64,000 nt of DNA from Candidatus Freyarchaeum deiterrae (lineage in GTDB: Archaea > Asgardarchaeota > Jordiarchaeia > Jordiarchaeales > Jordiarchaeaceae). The translations under genes were made by a program, and so were the position numbers. Shown piece by piece: positions 59,236 through 64,000 of this stretch. Each line of letters opens with the position of its first letter. Within the stretch, counting starts at the first letter, position 1. Where the stretch lies: positions 3,512,205 to 3,576,204 of the forward strand of contig CP147778.1 of NCBI GenBank assembly GCA_037305845.1, read 5' to 3'. The notes beneath the pieces were generated by a model. The model saw only the letters and a list, made by a program, of their open reading frames with translations. It did not search any database and was not told where the DNA came from.

Positions 59236-61986
59236 TCATTTATTTGATAGTCTTCTCGAAAACCATTTCCTAACTTCCGATACAAGGATTACCACGCAGG
59301 GGATGATTGCTAGATAAGCCCAATCAGTCAACGTTAGAGTTGTAGTGCCGAAAATGTTTTGCAGGAATGGAACGTAAACTATTAAGGATAGCACAGAGAG
59401 TTGATATGCTATACCAACCAAAATCCACATGTTGTTCCGCAAACTTGTCTTAAATAAAGATACTTTGCTCGTTCTCATCGCGAGAAGATTACCGGTTTGG
59501 GCCACAACTATGCCAGCGAACGTCATGGTTGTACCTTTAATGTATAGGGTGCTAGTTGGATCTAATTGCGAGCCTAGATACCAACCACCAAACCACCATG
59601 TATATAGGCAGCCGAACACAGCTCCGGCGGCGATTATTAAACCTATGTAGAGCGAGCGGAGGATAACCCCTTTGCTGAACAGTCGCTCTCTAACGCTTCG
59701 CGGTGGTTGCTGCATAATGCCTGGCTCTGGCGGTTCCCGACTTAGGGCTAAAGATGGAATTATATCTATACCGAGGTCTATGGCTAATATTTGGAGGACG
59801 GTTAGTGGGAGAGGTATGGCAAGTAGGATGTAGAGTAGGAAGGGAATCAGTTCAGCCCAGTTGTGGGCCCAAACGTATGTGATGAATTTCCTCAGGTTAT
59901 CGTATACTGCACGCCCGGTTTCCACGGCTTTGACTATTGATGAAAAGCTGTCGTCGAGCAGAACCATGTCGGAAGCTTCTCTCGCAACATCTGTTCCCGA
60001 AACACCCATGGCTACGCCTATGTCTGCCTCTCTTAGTGAGGGACCGTCGTTGGCTCCATCCCCGGTAACAGCGACAATCTCGCTGTTCTGTCTAAGAACC
60101 TGCACTATTCTGAGTTTCTGTACGGGCGTAACCAGGGCGAAGATGGAGCATCCGTTTTTTACATCCTTTATAATCTGCTCGTCGCTCATATCTTCTATTT
60201 CGACACCAGTTATTACGCGGCAGCTTTCTGCCCCTGAGCCGGTTGATTCTATGATGCCTACTTCTCTGGCTATGGCCTGCGCTGTTAGACCGTAGTCTCC
60301 GGTTATTATTACGACCCTTATTCCAGCCTGCTTCGCCAGCTCTATCGATTCTTTAATTTCTGGGCGGGGTGGATCTTTCATGGCTGCCAGTCCCAAGAAA
60401 ACCATGTTTTTCTCAACGTTTTTGCCCTCAAAAGATCCGCCGTCTGGCAGCTCGTTGTACGCTACGGCTATTATGCGTAGGCCTTCGCTTGCGAATTCAG
60501 AAATTTTTTCCTCAATTGAGCTCAAATGTTTATTGGTTAATTTCCCTATTTTATCGTCATCGAGTATTCTATCGCATATGGGGAGAATGCTTTTCGGGGC
60601 ACCTTTTGTGTAAACGTAATTTTTGTTAGTATTTTCATGAATTGTGGTCATCATTTTTCTCTCGGAGCTAAAGGGTATCATGTGTATGATAGGTTTTTGT
60701 GCGAGCGTATTTTGTACGTTCAACCCATACTTTAAGGCTGCAACAAGCAGTGCTCCATCGGTTGTGTCCCCGATAACGTTCCAGAGGGGATTTTTATCTG
60801 AGGGGGGTACCACTTTAGCATTGTTACAGAGGGCGGAGACCTCAAGGAATTTCTCAATTTGGTTTGTTTCCTCTCTTTCTAAGGGTCTGCCGTCAACTGT
60901 AAATTCGCCGACTGGAGAGTACCCAACACCGGAAACTTCCACAACTCTGTCCGGAACCCATATTTTTGTAACAGTCATCGCTCCAGTGGTAATTGTCCCA
61001 GTTTTATCTGTGGCTATTACTGTCACGCTGCCGAGTGTTTGAACCGCGGATAGACGTTTCACGAGAACATTCTGCTTCAGCATTTTCAGAGTACTTATCG
61101 CAAGCGCACTCGACACGGTGACTTGTAAGCCTTCAGGAACTAACGCCGTCATTACACCTATCATAAAGATTATGCTAGTGTAAATGTCTATGTGAAGGAA
61201 AAATGTAGTTATTAGGAAAAAGAGGACTCCCAAAGTAATTGCTATTATGAAAGTAGCTCTTGCGGTAAAACCAATTTCTTTCTGGAGGGGACTCTGTGGA
61301 TCTTTTATCTCCAGAGTTAAACCCGCAACCTGTCCGAACCTTGTATTCATTCCCGTTGCGAATACAACCGCCTTTCCCCGCCCCTTAACAATACTTGTGC
61401 TCATTAAAACAAGATTCGGAGCGTATAAATAGGCTGCTTCCTCAATTACCGCTGGCTCCGCGTTTCTCGGTTGCGGCTCCGACTCCCCGGTCAGGGGGAT
61501 GTTGTTCGTCCATAAATCGAAAGCTTCAATCAAGCGGGCGTCCGCGGGAACACGATCCCCCTCTTCTAAAACTATGATGTCACCGGGAACAAGCTCTTCC
61601 ACCAGTACCCTTTCGAGTTCTCCATCTCGAATAACTTTGGCGTATTCCGGCATCCAGTGCCTTAAAGCTTCAGTAGCCTTTTCCGCACGCCACTCTTGGA
61701 AAACACTGCCAACTGTATTAATGATAACCACAATTACGAGAACCGCACCCATCTGAAAACTACCGCTTATTACAGAGAGTACAGCTGCTAAAAGGAGAAG
61801 AATACTAAACAAATCTTTAAAATTCCTAAAAAACCGGTAGGCCATTGTTGTAGGCTTAATTGAAAAAAGCATATTGGGACCATAAACAACAAGTCGTCTG
61901 CTTGCTTCCTCGCTGCTTAACCCTTTAGGCGAGGTTTCAAGAGCTTCATAAACCCTTTTGTTCTGCAGACCGACAACGTTTTCCAA
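59236..61986 (-). CDS. Cation-transporting P-type ATPase (type II)
   Basis: TGES, PEGL, DKTGT, KGAP, DPPR, TGD and GDGAND motifs. Confidence 0.95.
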   Translation of the reverse strand: MENVVGLQNKRVYEALETSPKGLSSEEASRRLVVYGPNMLFSIKPTTMAYRFFRNFKDLFSILLLLAAVLSVISGSFQMGAVLVIVVIINTVGSVFQEWRAEKATEALRHWMPEYAKVIRDGELERVLVEELVPGDIIVLEEGDRVPADARLIEAFDLWTNNIPLTGESEPQPRNAEPAVIEEAAYLYAPNLVLMSTSIVKGRGKAVVFATGMNTRFGQVAGLTLEIKDPQSPLQKEIGFTARATFIIAITLGVLFFLITTFFLHIDIYTSIIFMIGVMTALVPEGLQVTVSSALAISTLKMLKQNVLVKRLSAVQTLGSVTVIATDKTGTITTGAMTVTKIWVPDRVVEVSGVGYSPVGEFTVDGRPLEREETNQIEKFLEVSALCNNAKVVPPSDKNPLWNVIGDTTDGALLVAALKYGLNVQNTLAQKPIIHMIPFSSERKMMTTIHENTNKNYVYTKGAPKSILPICDRILDDDKIGKLTNKHLSSIEEKISEFASEGLRIIAVAYNELPDGGSFEGKNVEKNMVFLGLAAMKDPPRPEIKESIELAKQAGIRVVIITGDYGLTAQAIAREVGIIESTGSGAESCRVITGVEIEDMSDEQIIKDVKNGCSIFALVTPVQKLRIVQVLRQNSEIVAVTGDGANDGPSLREADIGVAMGVSGTDVAREASDMVLLDDSFSSIVKAVETGRAVYDNLRKFITYVWAHNWAELIPFLLYILLAIPLPLTVLQILAIDLGIDIIPSLALSREPPEPGIMQQPPRSVRERLFSKGVILRSLYIGLIIAAGAVFGCLYTWWFGGWYLGSQLDPTSTLYIKGTTMTFAGIVVAQTGNLLAMRTSKVSLFKTSLRNNMWILVGIAYQLSVLSLIVYVPFLQNIFGTTTLTLTDWAYLAIIPCVVILVSEVRKWFSRRLSNK

Positions 61987-62340
61987 ACAAATTCCACCCT
62001 AAATGTTACTTGTAAACTTGACGATTGTGCAACCCCCATAGTCGCTTTCATAGGCGAACCGTTAAAAAAAGCCTAAATTTTTATTCGCCTTGAGATTTTG
62101 AGAGCAGTTTAACTATGGTAAAAATCATTTACATATCTCACATCCATTAATCAAAGATAATTTGATTGAGAATAATCCAAAGCGAAAATTTAAATGTATC
62201 GGAATAAAAATTTTCGTTCCACAAAAATTTGGTAATGATTAGTGAATCCATAAAAAAAAGGGTTTAAAACGGAATTTTGTTGTGAATACCTGTTCGTAAG
62301 AGTTATAGTTGAATAAAAAAACTTTGAATAAGGCGCTGAA

Positions 62341-62418
62341 CTACTTTTTCTTCTGCTTTGGCTTAGAAGCCTTGACTTCCTTTCCCTTGTTGTAGTATTC
62401 CGTTTTCTTCTTCTCCAT
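62341..62418 (-). CDS. 25-aa Lys-rich small protein candidate
   Basis: MEKKKTEYYNKGKEVKASKPKQKKK*, with a GGGGG RBS-like stretch and TTTAAA upstream. Confidence 0.45.
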   Translation of the reverse strand: MEKKKTEYYNKGKEVKASKPKQKKK

Positions 62419-62591
62419 CAATAGAAGACCCCCTGTATCGGAATCTTACTTTAAATAAGTTTTCAAAGTATTTATTTTTTACCCAGACTGTTTAATTTTG
62501 CTCAACTCAATTCAGTGGGATCCCATCATTTGAAACGGGATGTTAAGGGGTTTTTTGTATTTAATAGTTGTGAAAAGAAGGGGAATATTGG

Positions 62592-63848
62592 TTAGGATAT
62601 CTCTGTCTTCTTGGTTCTGCCTATTTTCGCCTTTCTTTTTTGCTTCATTTCTGGAGGTTCTCTCCTCTTTATTATTACTCCTATAAGTGATGCTAAACCC
62701 AAAGTTATGGAGAAGCCGATTATTCCTGGAATTAGGGTGGCTAAATATCGGGAGGTACTACTAATAGTTTCACCCCATAGAAAGAGTACAATTTGAGGTA
62801 TCTTAGTGAAGGAACTGTAGTATAATTCGTAGATGATTAGGGGATAGAGCTGTGGAAGATAATAGCCTGGAAAGAGGGCGTAGCTAATAGTGTATGAATA
62901 TATCGGGAATAAAGTGTTGGTACCCGTCAAGTCGCCCCAGAGAGCTAAGGTTTGCCCTATGGTTTCTATACTATCAGGATTACTTGATGATACTGGTAGC
63001 AAAACTGCAATCACTATTACACCAAGGATGACACCCCATTTGAACCAGCTCTGACTCCAGATTCCCCTAGCAATTTTTTCCTGTTTCTTAACCTTACCTT
63101 TTTGCTTTCTGGTTTTTTTACTCTGTTTCAAAGCTATTTCTTCTTCTATTTCCTCTTCTTCTTCTTCTACTTTCTCGGCTCTCCAGTGAAAGAGTCGCTT
63201 TAAACCTATTTTTGGTAATTCCAGCATATCGGGCCTCATCCGTATGGTGTACTCTATCACAATCGAAGTGATTATCGCTTCCCCTATTCCAATGACAAGA
63301 TACCATCCGACCATAACTGGAACTGTGATTTGTATTCCGTAGGGGAGGGTTTGAGACCAGCCTAACTCCAAGCCACAAGCCAATGCGGCGAGTACTGTAG
63401 CTATATAAGATGCGCATGCAGCACCTACTCTTATGCCCCAGTTTCCTCTTCCAATGAGTTTCCTAATTCCCAGGTAAAGGAAGTAACCCACGAAGCCTGC
63501 GATTATTCCCATATTTAAGACGTTAGCCCCGAGGGCGGTGACTCCACCATCGGCGAAGAGAAAGGCCTGTATTACTAACACTAACACCATGGAGATTAGA
63601 GCTCCTAAGGGTCCCAGAAAAACGGATATCAGAGTCCCTCCAAGGATATGCCCACTTGTGCCTCCCACAATCGGAAAATTGATTAGCTGAGCTGCAAAAA
63701 CGCTTGCCGTGAGCAATGCGAAAAGAGGTATATGCTTCGTATTGAAATGCTTCTTCATTTGAAAAAAGCCGATGACAATGAACACTGCGGAGATAATTGT
63801 TGTCACGGCAATAATTCTCCAATCTAAGTAGCCGTCGGGTAGGTGCAT
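62592..63848 (-). CDS. cbiM: ECF Co/Ni transporter S component CbiM fused to a PDGLE-like (NikN-type) domain
   Basis: MHLPDG N-terminus, GTSGH, FADGGVTALGAN and NPDSIE motifs. Confidence 0.9.
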   Translation of the reverse strand: MHLPDGYLDWRIIAVTTIISAVFIVIGFFQMKKHFNTKHIPLFALLTASVFAAQLINFPIVGGTSGHILGGTLISVFLGPLGALISMVLVLVIQAFLFADGGVTALGANVLNMGIIAGFVGYFLYLGIRKLIGRGNWGIRVGAACASYIATVLAALACGLELGWSQTLPYGIQITVPVMVGWYLVIGIGEAIITSIVIEYTIRMRPDMLELPKIGLKRLFHWRAEKVEEEEEEIEEEIALKQSKKTRKQKGKVKKQEKIARGIWSQSWFKWGVILGVIVIAVLLPVSSSNPDSIETIGQTLALWGDLTGTNTLFPIYSYTISYALFPGYYLPQLYPLIIYELYYSSFTKIPQIVLFLWGETISSTSRYLATLIPGIIGFSITLGLASLIGVIIKRREPPEMKQKRKAKIGRTKKTEIS

Positions 63849-64000
63849 GTTTTGTTCCTCAATTTTAATAATCGGCTAGTAATATTTTTATTAATAAAAG
63901 TATTATTGAAAACAAGGTTCAAGTACTATATAAACTTAACCACGCAAAGGATTTCGGCTCCAGCTTCGCTAAATGTTAAAGCTTCCCCTCTCAAACTTCC

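Noticed and set aside
63849-64000. Cobalamin riboswitch or NikR operator upstream of cbiM
   Set aside because: No B12-box motifs are present; only a weak TTGAA-N7-TTCAA repeat.

Overview
Archaeal chromosomal DNA with a mostly AT-leaning background, GGTGA/GGAGG ribosome-binding sites, TATA-like promoters and poly-T terminators. Asgard-type longin domains, PAC2 and HTH-V4R proteins suggest an Asgard archaeon (inference). The window is accessory-rich. It holds three paralogous membrane-anchored parallel beta-helix (NosD/CASH-like) surface proteins, built from a shared DNA repeat unit with hypervariable positions. It also has three co-oriented single-pass surface proteins, two of which carry a cytoplasmic longin-like domain plus coiled coil. 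Other content: many toxin-antitoxin pairs and remnants, an active plus Cys-less thiolase pair, a high-GC imported hydrolase, a split feoB operon under a DtxR-type regulator, a stand-alone primase-like gene, a P-type ATPase and cbiM. The most novel-looking signals are a conserved structured 5' leader shared by surface-protein genes, the variable repeat cassettes, the TM-longin receptors, a dispersed G-rich element and kb-scale keto/amino skew oscillation. I saw no tRNA, rRNA, CRISPR array, integrase, transposase or reverse transcriptase.
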